The position numbers were made by a program, and so were the translations under genes. DNA of 64,000 bases from a bacterium CG_4_9_14_3_um_filter_65_15 (lineage in GTDB: Bacteria > Krumholzibacteriota > Krumholzibacteriia > LZORAL124-64-63): positions 723 through 64,722 of the forward strand of contig PFVX01000059.1 in NCBI GenBank assembly GCA_002790835.1, given 5' to 3'. Position 1 is the stretch's first letter. Each line of letters begins with the position of its first letter. The notes beneath the pieces were generated by a model. That model saw only the letters and a list, made by a program, of their open reading frames with translations, searched no databases and was not told where the DNA came from. Shown in pieces: positions 1-9,440 of the stretch.

Positions 1-472
1 GCAGGGACTCGGGAGTCTTCTCGATCCACAGGTTCATGGTGTCCAGGGCGATGAGGCGGGGTCCGGTCATCTGCTCCAGCACGTGGAGCTGGAGGTCGGG
101 ATGGATGTTGGCCAGGAAGAGATATTCGCTGTCACGCCAAGCGGCGGGAATCTCGGGCTGAAAATCGGCGAACACGCCGAGTTCGGTGGCCAGGGTGTCC
201 CGTTCGATCATGTCGGCATGGTAGCGGCCCGACCAGTGGAAGCTGGGTCCGGCCTCCCGCACCACGCCGCTGGTATCGGCGCCGTGTTCCTGCAACAGAG
301 CCAGGTCTTCGGCCCGGAAGTCCTCACCCACCACTCCGACACAGCGCACCGGGTGCCGTCCCCGCGCGGCCACGGCGAAGAAGCTGGCGCTGCCTCCCAG
401 TTGTCGTTCCCGCCTTTCCCGCGGGGTCTCCACGGTGTCGTAGGCCAGGGAACCAACCACCAGAATCGCCAT
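1..472 (-). CDS. PfkB family carbohydrate/nucleoside kinase (5' part; runs off the window start)
   Basis: Manual translation from ATG at 472: MAILVVGSLAYDTVETP...LGGSASFFAVAA...VGVVGEDF...YLFLANIHPDLQ...IALDTMNLWI, a typical PfkB N-terminus. Starts 1 nt after the argS stop. Not in the ORF track. Confidence 0.85.
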   Translation of the reverse strand, partial: MAILVVGSLAYDTVETPRERRERQLGGSASFFAVAARGRHPVRCVGVVGEDFRAEDLALLQEHGADTSGVVREAGPSFHWSGRYHADMIERDTLATELGVFADFQPEIPAAWRDSEYLFLANIHPDLQLHVLEQMTGPRLIALDTMNLWIEKTPESL

Positions 473-473
473 C

Positions 474-2222
474 TCAATCCCTCTTTTCCATGCTCTCGGG
501 CAGGTCGATGCCGATCAGCTCGCCCATCCGGCGCAGGACGTGCCCGGTCAAGACAGTCAGATGCAACAAGGCCAGGCGCGATTCGGGATCCTGATCGAGG
601 ATGCGCTTGCACTGGTTGTAGAACTGGTTGTACAGGGTGGCGATTTCCAGGGCGTAGCCGGCCAACCGATGCGGCTCACGGCTCTTGGCCGCCGAGACGA
701 TCACCTGGGGCAGACGCACCAGTTCCCGGACCACCGCCCAGGCGGATTCGTCCTGGATGTGAGTCAGGCTGGCGGCCGTGGGCTCCCCCACCTCGATGCC
801 CCGCTCGGCGGCGATACCCAACAGGGAGCAGGACCGCGCATGGGCGTATTTGACCTTCAGGACCGGATTGACATCGGACTGCTGACGCGCCAGGTCCAGG
901 TCGAAATCAAGATGACTGTTGGGCTTGCGCATCAGGAACAGGAACTTGGCCACGTCCGCGCCGACTTCGTCCATCAGGGCGTCCATGGTGACGAACTGGC
1001 CCTTGCGCTTGGACATGTCCAGGATCCGGCCATCCTCCAGGAAGGTCACCTGTTGCAGGATCTGGATCTCGAGCCAACCGTCGGGAACGCCCAGGGCCTT
1101 CATGGCGCCCTGCATGCGGGAGATGTAGCCGTGGTGGTCCGGTCCCCAGAAATCGATGGCGTGTTCGAATCCGCGCTGGAACTTGTGATAGTGGTAGGCG
1201 ATGTCCGCGAGGAAGTAGGTCGGCAAGCCGTCGGAGCGCACCAGCACCCGATCCTTCTCGTCCCCGAAGTCGGTGGACCGGAACCAGAAGGCGTCTTCCT
1301 CCTCGTACACGGCGCCCTGCTTCTTCAAACGCTCCAGGGCGCGCTCGATGCGCCGGGAATCGTGGAGCTCGGATTCGAAATACCAGGTCTCGAACCGCAG
1401 ACCGTAACGCCGGCAGGTCTCCCGCTGCCAGCCGAGAATCTTCATCAAGGCGTACTTGGAAAAGCACGCGGTCGACTCCTCCTCGGGCAGGTCCTTCCAA
1501 ACGGTGGCGTCCCCCTTGGGGATCTCCACGCGCTGAAAGCTCTCGTTGTCGAAGGCCTCGCCGGCCTTGCGGATCGCCGCGCTGTCCTGGGCCAGCAGTT
1601 CCCCGGCCATGATCTCCAGGTAGCGACCCTTGTAGCCGTTCTCGGGGAACTCGACATCCTCTCCCGCCAGTTGCATGTAGTGGGCCCGCAGGGAGCGCCC
1701 CAGCAACTCGATCTGGCGGCCGGCGTCGTTGACGTAGTATTCGGCGTGGGCGTCGAAACCGATGGCGTCCAGCAGGCGCGACAAGGTCATCCCGAAGGCG
1801 CCGGCCCGGGCCGACACCACGTTGAGGGGGCCGGTGGGATTGGCGCTGATGAACTCCACGTTGATGCGCTTGCCGCCCCCCGTCTTGATGGCTTCCAGCG
1901 CACCGTCTTCCTGGATCAGATCCAGGAGGCGTTCGATCTGATGGCCGCTGGAGATGCGGAAGTTGATGAAACCGGGCCCGGCGATCTCCACCGATTCGAT
2001 GATTTCGCGCGGCAACTCCACCGCCGCGGCGATTTCGCCGGCCAGCTCCCGCGGCTTGCGCTTCAGGCGGCCGCCGAGCATCAGAGCCAGGTTGCTGCTC
2101 AGATCGCCGTGATCGGCCTCACGGGGTTTTTCCAGGATGATATCGACGTCTTCCTCGAAGACGCCGTACCTCTCGACCGCAGCCAGCAGGGCCCGGCGGA
2201 GGAGATCCTCGATAATCATCAT
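474..2222 (-). CDS. argS: Arginine--tRNA ligase
   Basis: GDLSSNLA, GPGFINF, EFISANPTGPL, EYYVNDAG, TYFLADIAYH, WGPDHHGY, MSKRKG, KYAHAR motifs. Confidence 0.97.
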   Translation of the reverse strand: MMIIEDLLRRALLAAVERYGVFEEDVDIILEKPREADHGDLSSNLALMLGGRLKRKPRELAGEIAAAVELPREIIESVEIAGPGFINFRISSGHQIERLLDLIQEDGALEAIKTGGGKRINVEFISANPTGPLNVVSARAGAFGMTLSRLLDAIGFDAHAEYYVNDAGRQIELLGRSLRAHYMQLAGEDVEFPENGYKGRYLEIMAGELLAQDSAAIRKAGEAFDNESFQRVEIPKGDATVWKDLPEEESTACFSKYALMKILGWQRETCRRYGLRFETWYFESELHDSRRIERALERLKKQGAVYEEEDAFWFRSTDFGDEKDRVLVRSDGLPTYFLADIAYHYHKFQRGFEHAIDFWGPDHHGYISRMQGAMKALGVPDGWLEIQILQQVTFLEDGRILDMSKRKGQFVTMDALMDEVGADVAKFLFLMRKPNSHLDFDLDLARQQSDVNPVLKVKYAHARSCSLLGIAAERGIEVGEPTAASLTHIQDESAWAVVRELVRLPQVIVSAAKSREPHRLAGYALEIATLYNQFYNQCKRILDQDPESRLALLHLTVLTGHVLRRMGELIGIDLPESMEKRD

Positions 2223-2225
2223 GTT

Positions 2226-2726
2226 CTATGAACCTTGTGTTTCCGCCCCGGGGGCGAAGGTGAAATCCAGCTCCGGGTGCCGCAGAGCGACCTCGGGGGC
2301 CCGGAACCAGTCCGGATTCAGATCCAGACGGCGGGCGTCGTCCCACAGCCGCTCCAGCTGGTAGTAATGGCGGGTTTCGGCCTGGAAGATGTGGACCACG
2401 ACGTCGAAGTAGTCCTGCACCACCCAGCGGCCCTCGGACTGGCCTTCGATGTGGGAAGGACCGTGACCGGCTTCCTCCTGCCGGCGGTGCAGGTGCCGCC
2501 CCAGGGCCTTGACCTGGGTGTCGGACCTCCCCGATACCAGCACGAAGAAATCGCACACGTCGGAGAAGCCACGCAGGTCCAGAACGACCACATCCTCGGC
2601 CTTTTTCTCCAGGAGGTACCACGCCATGGCCTCGGCCAGCTTGAATCCGGCGGAGTCGTCCGGCAGGACGTGCTCGGTCCGGTCCGTTGCGGTGGGTTGG
2701 ATCGGTTCGGGCTTTCGCATGGGCAT
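2226..2726 (-). CDS. rsfS: Ribosome silencing factor (Iojap family)
   Basis: KKAEDVVVLDLRGFSDVCDFFVLVSG and WVVQDYFDVVVHIF...YYQLERLW motifs; short C-terminal extension. Confidence 0.93.
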   Translation of the reverse strand: MPMRKPEPIQPTATDRTEHVLPDDSAGFKLAEAMAWYLLEKKAEDVVVLDLRGFSDVCDFFVLVSGRSDTQVKALGRHLHRRQEEAGHGPSHIEGQSEGRWVVQDYFDVVVHIFQAETRHYYQLERLWDDARRLDLNPDWFRAPEVALRHPELDFTFAPGAETQGS

Positions 2727-2727
2727 C

Positions 2728-3732
2728 CTAATTCAAACGGTTGATGACGTATTCCACGGCCACAGCCAGCAACTTGCTCTGCGGTCCGGTGGCCACGGGT
2801 GTCAGGGCGGCCTTGGCCTCTTTCCCGAAACGTCGCGCCTGGTCGAAGGCGAAATCGATGCCACCGTGCCGGGTGACGAATTCCTTGATCTCGGGCCAGC
2901 ACCGGGAGCGCACCCCGGGATCGCGGTCCCCGGACAACTCCACCACCCGCTGCCGCTGCTGCTCGGAGGCGTTCCCCAGGGCCGCGATCAACGGCAGGGT
3001 GATGCGACCCTCTTCCCAATCCTGCCCCGTGGGTTTGCCCAGGCGTCGGGAATCCCCCAGATAGTCGAAGATGTCGTCGGTGATCTGGAAGACCAGGCCC
3101 ACCTGGCTCCCGAAAGCGCCGAACACCTCTTCGTCCCCGGCGTGCCGGGAGTTGAAGGACACCCCGATCCGGCAACTGTTCTCGATGAGGGAGGCGGTCT
3201 TCTGATAGATGATCTGCAGGTACCGCTCCTGGGTAATGTCCAGGTCGTAGCGGTGTTCGAGCTGCAGCATCTCGGCCTCGCTCATCAGCACCGTGGTGCG
3301 GGCCAACAGTTCCACCGCGTGATGCAGACCCTGCTCGCACAGGTTGTGCAGGGCCTTGCTGTACAGGAAGTCCCCCATGATCAGCGCCGCACTGGATCCG
3401 AATTTCTCATTGACCGAAGGCAGGCCGCGGCGGGTCAGGGCCTCGTCGATGAAATCGTCATGGACCAGTGTCGCGGTATGCACCAGCTCCACACTGGCGG
3501 CGGCACTGATGGCCTCCGACGCAAACCCCTGGTCGTCCTGGGCGGCCAGCAACAGGAGCGTGGGCCGGAAACGTTTGCTCCTGCCGAGCCGGATATGGTC
3601 GCAGATTTCTCTGGTCAAGGGACTACTGGCCTCGGTGATCCGCTGGAATTCCTCCTCCATGCGGGCCAGGGCCGGCGCAATGGTCCGCTGCAGCGTGACC
3701 AGCTTGATACGCTCCCTGTCCACCAGCCCCAT
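2728..3732 (-). CDS. Long-chain trans-polyprenyl diphosphate synthase (IspB/HepT-like)
   Basis: KRFRP, FARM ELVHTATLVHDDFID with small residues upstream (long-chain type), SARM FQITDDIFD, GKPTGQDW. Confidence 0.9.
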   Translation of the reverse strand: MGLVDRERIKLVTLQRTIAPALARMEEEFQRITEASSPLTREICDHIRLGRSKRFRPTLLLLAAQDDQGFASEAISAAASVELVHTATLVHDDFIDEALTRRGLPSVNEKFGSSAALIMGDFLYSKALHNLCEQGLHHAVELLARTTVLMSEAEMLQLEHRYDLDITQERYLQIIYQKTASLIENSCRIGVSFNSRHAGDEEVFGAFGSQVGLVFQITDDIFDYLGDSRRLGKPTGQDWEEGRITLPLIAALGNASEQQRQRVVELSGDRDPGVRSRCWPEIKEFVTRHGGIDFAFDQARRFGKEAKAALTPVATGPQSKLLAVAVEYVINRLN

Positions 3733-3861
3733 CTTTACCCGCCCTCGTTGCCGTTGTGATCATGCCCGGGGTCGGCCGGCATTCGCCGGGGCCGACAAAA
3801 ACAGCGGGCCGGCCGCAGCGGACCTGCCCATCCCCCAAATATTTGCAATTCCCGGCCCGTG

Positions 3862-4641
3862 TCAATCCTCATTCCCGTCCCCACGCCGCCGGGTCACCAA
3901 AAGGGAGACCAGCACCGACCCAAAATACAGGACAAGGACCGGCACGGCCATCATCACCTGGCTGATCACGTCCGGTGGCGTGAGGATGGCCGCCACCGAG
4001 GCGATGACGATGATCGCCACGCGCCACGTCCGCAGGAGCATCCGGGGATTGAGGATTCCGACCCAGCTGAGCCCCAGGACCAGCAGCGGCAGCTGAAAAA
4101 CGAGCCCGAAGGCCAGGCACATCCGCGCCACGAAACTGAAGTAGTTGCCCACGCCGATCAGCGGGGACATGGTCTCGGTCCCGAAACCCAGCAGGAAATC
4201 GATCACCTGGGGTATGACCACCAGGAAACTGAAGGCGATCCCGATGTAGAACAGCAGGATCGAGGCAATCAGCAGCGGTGCGACGACCTTGCGCTCCCGG
4301 CGGTACAACCCGGGCATGACGAAGGCGTAGACGCGAAAGAGAATGAACGGCAAAACCGCGAAGATGCCCACCATCCCCGCGATCTTCAGACGTGTCAAAA
4401 AGGCCTCGTTGGGGGCCGTGAAATAGACCCCCTGATCGGCGATGGGCACGATGAGCACGTCGAGAATCTTGGCCGACCAGAACCAGCAAAGGCTCGCGGC
4501 CGCCAGCGCGGCGAGGGAGGAATGGATCAGGACCTTGCGCAGCTGGTCCAGATGGGCCAGGAACCCCATGCCTTCCAGGTCATCCTCCGGAGCGCCTTCC
4601 CTCCCCCGGGGAGACAGTTCGGGAGTCGAAGGCACGGTCAT
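3862..4641 (-). CDS. tatC: Sec-independent translocase subunit TatC
   Basis: FLAHLDQLR, APNEAFLTRLK, FGLVFQLP, AAILTPPDVISQ; six hydrophobic segments. Confidence 0.95.
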   Translation of the reverse strand: MTVPSTPELSPRGREGAPEDDLEGMGFLAHLDQLRKVLIHSSLAALAAASLCWFWSAKILDVLIVPIADQGVYFTAPNEAFLTRLKIAGMVGIFAVLPFILFRVYAFVMPGLYRRERKVVAPLLIASILLFYIGIAFSFLVVIPQVIDFLLGFGTETMSPLIGVGNYFSFVARMCLAFGLVFQLPLLVLGLSWVGILNPRMLLRTWRVAIIVIASVAAILTPPDVISQVMMAVPVLVLYFGSVLVSLLVTRRRGDGNED

Positions 4642-5129
4642 GAATCGGTCTCCGGGAAGCCGTCACTCTCGATGAACACGCCACCCTTGAGATCCTGCAG
4701 GAGGGTGAAGAACTCATCCACGCTCTGGAAACTGCGGTAAACGGAGGCGAACCGGACGTAGGCGACCTCATCCACTTCCCGCAGCTCGTCCAGGACCATG
4801 CGTCCGATCAACCCGCTGGCCACCTCGCGCCGGCCGGATGAGGCCAGTCGCTGTTCGAGCCGGTCGACGAGGATGTCGATGATTTCCAGGGAGACGGGTC
4901 GCTTCTCGCAGGCCTTCGTCACTCCCACAACCACCTTGGAGCGATCGTATGGGGCACGCTCCCCGCTGCGCTTGACCACGAGCACCGGACGGGTCTCGAT
5001 GGCCTCGTAGGTCGTGTAGCGTTCCTGGCAATGGGAACACTCCCGTCGACGCCGAACGCCCCGACCTTCGCGCACGCTGCGACTGTCGATGACCTTGTCG
5101 TCTTCGTGACCGCAGCTGGGGCACTTCAT
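4638..5129 (-). CDS. nrdR: Transcriptional repressor NrdR
   Basis: MKCPSC...DSR...RRRRECSHCQERYTTYE zinc ribbon, ATP cone, AYVRFASVY. Confidence 0.97.
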   Translation of the reverse strand: MKCPSCGHEDDKVIDSRSVREGRGVRRRRECSHCQERYTTYEAIETRPVLVVKRSGERAPYDRSKVVVGVTKACEKRPVSLEIIDILVDRLEQRLASSGRREVASGLIGRMVLDELREVDEVAYVRFASVYRSFQSVDEFFTLLQDLKGGVFIESDGFPETDS

Positions 5130-5146
5130 GAGGCTCCTCCGCTCCC

Positions 5147-6394
5147 CTAACCCAGGCCCGGGTAAAGAGGGAATGCCTGGCTCAATTCGCCGCTTTCGCC
5201 GCGCAGGGCAGCCAGAGCGTCTTCGTCCGTGCGGGCCTCAACGGCCCGGTTCATGATCGAGGCGATCTGGCGCATCTGGTCCGGGCCCATGCCCCGGGTC
5301 GTCAGGGCCGGCGTGCCCAGGCGGATCCCGCTGGTGACGAAGGGACTTTCGGTGTCGAAGGGCACGGTGTTCTTGTTGGCGGTGATCCCCACCTGGTCCA
5401 GGAGGTTTTCCATCTCCTGACCGGTCAGGCCCTTGCCCGCGACATTGACCAACAGCAGGTGATTGTCGGTGCCGCCGCTGACGAGATGGAACCCACTCTC
5501 CATGAGGCTATTTGCAAGAACCGCAGCATTTTCCACGGTCTTCTTCGCGTAGACCTTGAAATCATCCTGAAGGCATTCGTGAAAGCAGACGGCCTTGGCC
5601 GCGATGACGTGCATCAACGGACCTCCCTGCGTCCCCGGAAAATTCGTCTTCTGGATGGCCTTGAAATGCTCCTTGGTGCTGAGAATCAGGCCACCCCGGG
5701 GCCCCCGCAGGGTCTTGTGGGTCGTGCTGGTCACCACATCGCAATACGGCACCGGGCTGGGGTGCACGCCGCCGGCCACCAGCCCGGCGATGTGGGCCAT
5801 GTCGAACAGCAGGAAGGCGTCGATCTCGTCGGCGATGCTGCGCAGCACCGCGTAATCCCAGAACCGGGGATAAGCGCTGGCCCCGCCGACGATCATGCGC
5901 GGTCGCTCGGCCAAAGCCTGTTCCCGAAGCCTGTCGTAGTCGATGGTCTCGGTCTCGCGGTCGACCTCGTAATGCACGGCATCGAACAGCATTCCAGAGA
6001 AGTTGACGGGGTGTCCGTGGGTTAGGTGACCACCGTGGGACAGGGACAGGCCCATGATCTTGTCCCCCGGCTTGAGGAACGACAGATAGGCGGTCAGGTT
6101 GGCCGTGGACCCGCTGTGGGGCTGGACGTTGGCCCGCTCGGCGCCGAACAACTCCATGGCCCGTTGCTTGGCCAGGGTCTCCGCCTGATCCACGAACTCG
6201 CACCCGCCGTAGTACCGCTTGCCCGGGTATCCCTCGGCATACTTGTTGGTCAGGACCGAGCCCATGGTCTGCATCACGGCCTCGCTGGTGAAGTTCTCGC
6301 TGGCGATCATTTCCAGCTGCGAGCGCTGGCGGCCCAGCTCCAGATCCAACACGGCGGCGAGTTCGGGGTCGACCTTGTGCACCTGATCGTACAT
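5147..6394 (-). CDS. glyA: Serine hydroxymethyltransferase
   Basis: [49 protein letters not shown]. Confidence 0.98.
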   Translation of the reverse strand: MYDQVHKVDPELAAVLDLELGRQRSQLEMIASENFTSEAVMQTMGSVLTNKYAEGYPGKRYYGGCEFVDQAETLAKQRAMELFGAERANVQPHSGSTANLTAYLSFLKPGDKIMGLSLSHGGHLTHGHPVNFSGMLFDAVHYEVDRETETIDYDRLREQALAERPRMIVGGASAYPRFWDYAVLRSIADEIDAFLLFDMAHIAGLVAGGVHPSPVPYCDVVTSTTHKTLRGPRGGLILSTKEHFKAIQKTNFPGTQGGPLMHVIAAKAVCFHECLQDDFKVYAKKTVENAAVLANSLMESGFHLVSGGTDNHLLLVNVAGKGLTGQEMENLLDQVGITANKNTVPFDTESPFVTSGIRLGTPALTTRGMGPDQMRQIASIMNRAVEARTDEDALAALRGESGELSQAFPLYPGLG

Positions 6395-6404
6395 TGCTGC
6401 GCTC

Positions 6405-6854
6405 CTAAGCCCGATGGCGGTTTTCGTAGGCGGTGATCTTGTCCACGCGACACGCGTGTCGCCCCCCCTCGAAGGAGGACTCCAGGTAGGCCGTGGCGAT
6501 GGGGGGGATCTCTTCGGGTGTCAGCCCGTCGCCGCTGAGGCAAAGCACGTTGCTGTCGTTGTGCCGCCGGGTGGTGGCGGCCTGTTCGGGGGTGAAGCAC
6601 AGGGAGGCCCTCACCCCGGCCACCTTATTGGCGGCGATGCTCATGCCGATGCCCGAACCGCAGATCAGGATTCCCAGATCGGCCCGGCGGGCGGCCACGG
6701 CCTCGGCCACGCAGAAGGCGCTGTCGGGATAGTCGGCCGATTCGGGGGAATCACAGCCGCAATCGGTCAATTGGTGACCCCGGCCTTCCAGGAAGTCCTT
6801 CAGGAGCTCCTTGTGGGGAAAGCCGCGATGGTCCGATCCGATGGCGATCCGCAT
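6405..6854 (-). CDS. rpiB: Ribose-5-phosphate isomerase B
   Basis: [36 protein letters not shown]; start moved to ATG 6854. Confidence 0.95.
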   Translation of the reverse strand: MRIAIGSDHRGFPHKELLKDFLEGRGHQLTDCGCDSPESADYPDSAFCVAEAVAARRADLGILICGSGIGMSIAANKVAGVRASLCFTPEQAATTRRHNDSNVLCLSGDGLTPEEIPPIATAYLESSFEGGRHACRVDKITAYENRHRA

Positions 6855-6908
6855 GACCGACCTTCCTTCCGTGCTGCCGCAGTCCGGCGTAACTTCCCAC
6901 AAAATCCA

Positions 6909-6937
6909 AAATTAGACCAAGGGCAGGACGCCGTCAA
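6909..6937 (-). promoter_or_regulatory. Sigma70-type promoter for rpiB-glyA (TTGACG-N17-TAATTT)
   Basis: Hexamers read directly; the -35 overlaps the tsaC stop codon. Confidence 0.6.
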
Positions 6938-7545
6938 GATCCGTCGCCGCCGCCTTCGGGAAAGGGCAACGGGCCCGCGCGCAACACCCGGGGAGCCGGT
7001 CCGGTCAGATCGACCAGACAGCTGGGTGCAACGGCAACCGGCAAAGGTGATTCTGCCGGCCAGTAGCCGTCGACCCGGTCCCCGAAGGCCCGCACGGCGT
7101 CATCAAGGCTGACGCAGGGCGGGGCGCCCGGCCGGTTGACGCTGGTGGAGACCAGGGGAAATCCCGCTGTGGCGATCAGTCGGCGCAGGGAGGTGTGCTC
7201 GGGTACTCTCACCGCCAGCGTCCCGTCAGGGGTTGCCAGGTGGCCCAGAAGGTCCTCTGCGGCGGGCAGGATCAACGTAAACGGTCCCGGCCAACACCGG
7301 TCGCAGGCCAGCAACTGGGCAGGTGACAAGGGGGCCAGCAGCGTCCCCACTTGATTCGCCGAACCCGCCAACAGGAGCAGAGGCTGTCCCCGATCCCGCT
7401 TCTTGAGTGACCGCACTCGATCCACGGCAACGGGCAGGTCGGCACGGGCATGCAGGCCGGGCAGGGTGTCGGTGGCCAGAATGAGAACGCCGCCCGCGGC
7501 CAGGCGACCGGCGGCGGCGTCCAGGTCCAGGGCCCGGCAGGTCAC
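6934..7545 (-). CDS. tsaC: L-threonylcarbamoyladenylate synthase (TsaC/YrdC, no Sua5 C-terminal domain)
   Basis: ATDTLPGL, KKRDRGQPL, CWPGPFTLILP, LAVRVP, PLVSTSVN; GTG start at 7545 just after the purE stop with GAGG upstream. Confidence 0.85.
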   Translation of the reverse strand: MTCRALDLDAAAGRLAAGGVLILATDTLPGLHARADLPVAVDRVRSLKKRDRGQPLLLLAGSANQVGTLLAPLSPAQLLACDRCWPGPFTLILPAAEDLLGHLATPDGTLAVRVPEHTSLRRLIATAGFPLVSTSVNRPGAPPCVSLDDAVRAFGDRVDGYWPAESPLPVAVAPSCLVDLTGPAPRVLRAGPLPFPEGGGDGS

Positions 7546-7546
7546 C

Positions 7547-8026
7547 TCAGCGTCCGCCGCGGGCCATTTCCCGCTGGTGGTCCGCAACGGCTTCGGCCAC
7601 CGTGCTGTCGTGGAGGGCGATGATCCTGGCGGCCAGGACGGCGGCATTACGGGCCCCGGCGCTGCCGATGGCCACCGTGGCCACGGGCACTCCGGGCGGC
7701 ATCTGGACCATGGAGACCATGGCGTCCATTCCCGCCAGGGCCCCGGCGGCAACCGGAACGCCGATGACGGGCTTGGTGGTCAGCGAAGCGACGACCCCGG
7801 GCAGGGCCGCAGCCATGCCCGCAACCGCGATGAAGACTTCCGTGCCCCCCTTGTCGGCGGCCTGGACCAGCCGATGCAGCTTGCGGGGCTGGCGATGGGC
7901 CGAGGCGATCTCCACCTGGTGGGTGAGCCCGAAGCGGTCCAGCAGAGGCAGGGCTTTTTCCAGAACCGGCAGGTCGCTGCTGCTGCCCAGCAGGACCAAT
8001 ACCCGGGGATTCTTTTTGGCTTTCAT
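7547..8026 (-). CDS. purE: N5-CAIR mutase / AIR carboxylase PurE
   Basis: GSSSDL, IASAHR, AGMAAALPGVVAS, PVIGVP, SMVQMPPGVPVATV. Confidence 0.95.
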   Translation of the reverse strand: MKAKKNPRVLVLLGSSSDLPVLEKALPLLDRFGLTHQVEIASAHRQPRKLHRLVQAADKGGTEVFIAVAGMAAALPGVVASLTTKPVIGVPVAAGALAGMDAMVSMVQMPPGVPVATVAIGSAGARNAAVLAARIIALHDSTVAEAVADHQREMARGGR

Positions 8027-9345
8027 TTCCGCACACCCTCCCCGGTCCGGGCAATATCACGCCTGAAGGTCAAACCCTCGAAATGGACCTGATCCAGCAG
8101 GTCATAGGCTTTCTGTCGCGCCGCATCCAGGGATGGGCCCACCCCCACGGCGCCCAGGACACGGCCACCGCAGGTGACCAGTTGCCGGTCGTCCCGACGG
8201 GTTCCCGCGTGGATGATCCAGCCGCCGTCGGAATTGGCGTCCGGCAATTCGATGGGGCGGCCCTGGGCGTAGGGTCCAGGGTAACCGTCGGCGGCGCCCA
8301 CGACGACCACGGCGTGGCGATCCCAGGACGTGAGTCCGGAACCGGTCCATCCGGTGGGGCCGGTGCCTTCGGGCCGGTGGGCGCCCTGGAGGTGACGCCC
8401 CAGTTCGCCGGTCGCCGTGGTCCAGCACAGGTCCAGGAAATCCCCCCGATAAAGCGGCAGGACCACTTGGGTTTCCGGGTCACCGAACCGGCAATTGAAT
8501 TCCAGAACCTGGGGGCCGCCGGCGGTGAGCATCAACCCCACGTACAGCACGCCGCGGTAGGGTATGTCGCGCCGACGCAGTTCGGCCAGGATGGGCAGGA
8601 CGATACGCGTGTCGATCTCGGCGTAGAGATCGCTCGGCAAGGCAACGGGCGCAAAGGCCCCCATCCCGCCGGTGTTGGGTCCCTGGTCCTGCTCCCCGAT
8701 GCGCTTGTGGTCCCGGCTGGGCGCCAGCAGGCAATAGTCCTGGCCATCGGTAACCACGAGCACGGACAGCTCGGTACCGTACAAGCAGTCCTCCATGAGG
8801 ATTCGTAGCCCGGATTGCCCGAAGGCCTGGTCCCGCAGACAGGTGTGGATATGGGCTTCGGCCTCCTCGCGGGTCGCGCAAACGGCCACACCTTTGCCCT
8901 GGGCCGCACCACACGCCTTGATCACCACGGGCAGATCGATCTTGTCGAGGTGTTTGAGGGCCGACTCGGCGCTGCTGAAGGCATGATAGTGGGCCGTGGG
9001 CACTTCGGCCGAGGCCAACACCTCCTTGGCGAACTCCTTGTCACCTTCGAGTCGGGCCCCCATGGCGCCCGGTCCGAACACGGCCAACCCCTCGCGCCTC
9101 AGGTCATCGGCGAGACCCGCGATCAGGGGATCTTCCGGCCCCACGATCACCAGGTCGATACTGCGGCTGCGGCAGAAGGCGACCAACCCGGCGGCATCAT
9201 TCGGACCCGGATCGAGGTTGGTGGCATTGTCGGCTGTTCCCGGGTTCCCCGGGCAGGCGAACAGGCGGGGCTTCTGGGGAGAGGCGGCCAATTGCCGAAC
9301 AATGGCATGCTCGCGTCCGCCGGATCCTACAACCAGAACGTTCAT
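8023..9345 (-). CDS. purD: Phosphoribosylamine--glycine ligase
   Basis: MNVLVVGSGGREHA, VGPEDPL, QGKGV, DHKRIGEQDQGPNTGGMGA, LEFNCRFGDPETQ, GGRVL; start ATG 9345. Confidence 0.96.
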   Translation of the reverse strand: MNVLVVGSGGREHAIVRQLAASPQKPRLFACPGNPGTADNATNLDPGPNDAAGLVAFCRSRSIDLVIVGPEDPLIAGLADDLRREGLAVFGPGAMGARLEGDKEFAKEVLASAEVPTAHYHAFSSAESALKHLDKIDLPVVIKACGAAQGKGVAVCATREEAEAHIHTCLRDQAFGQSGLRILMEDCLYGTELSVLVVTDGQDYCLLAPSRDHKRIGEQDQGPNTGGMGAFAPVALPSDLYAEIDTRIVLPILAELRRRDIPYRGVLYVGLMLTAGGPQVLEFNCRFGDPETQVVLPLYRGDFLDLCWTTATGELGRHLQGAHRPEGTGPTGWTGSGLTSWDRHAVVVVGAADGYPGPYAQGRPIELPDANSDGGWIIHAGTRRDDRQLVTCGGRVLGAVGVGPSLDAARQKAYDLLDQVHFEGLTFRRDIARTGEGVRK

Positions 9346-9440
9346 GCACGGCCGCTTTCGGTTCGGGTCCGTACAGGCCGAGGATACAGGCCCGCATAGG
9401 GGAAGTCTATAGCGTTTTCTCCAAGGAGGCCATGGCGGGA

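Noticed and set aside
1161-1172. GTTCGAATCC tRNA T-loop-like string
   Set aside because: Lies inside argS, with no cloverleaf around it.
3771-3796. Hairpin GTCGGCC...GGCCGAC upstream of the polyprenyl synthase
   Set aside because: The U-tract is on the wrong side for a minus-strand terminator and no plus-strand gene ends here; function cannot be supported.
7790-7830. PurE AGMAAALPG variant (Ala where His is common) with no purK nearby
   Set aside because: The variant is not rare, and class cannot be assigned without an alignment.
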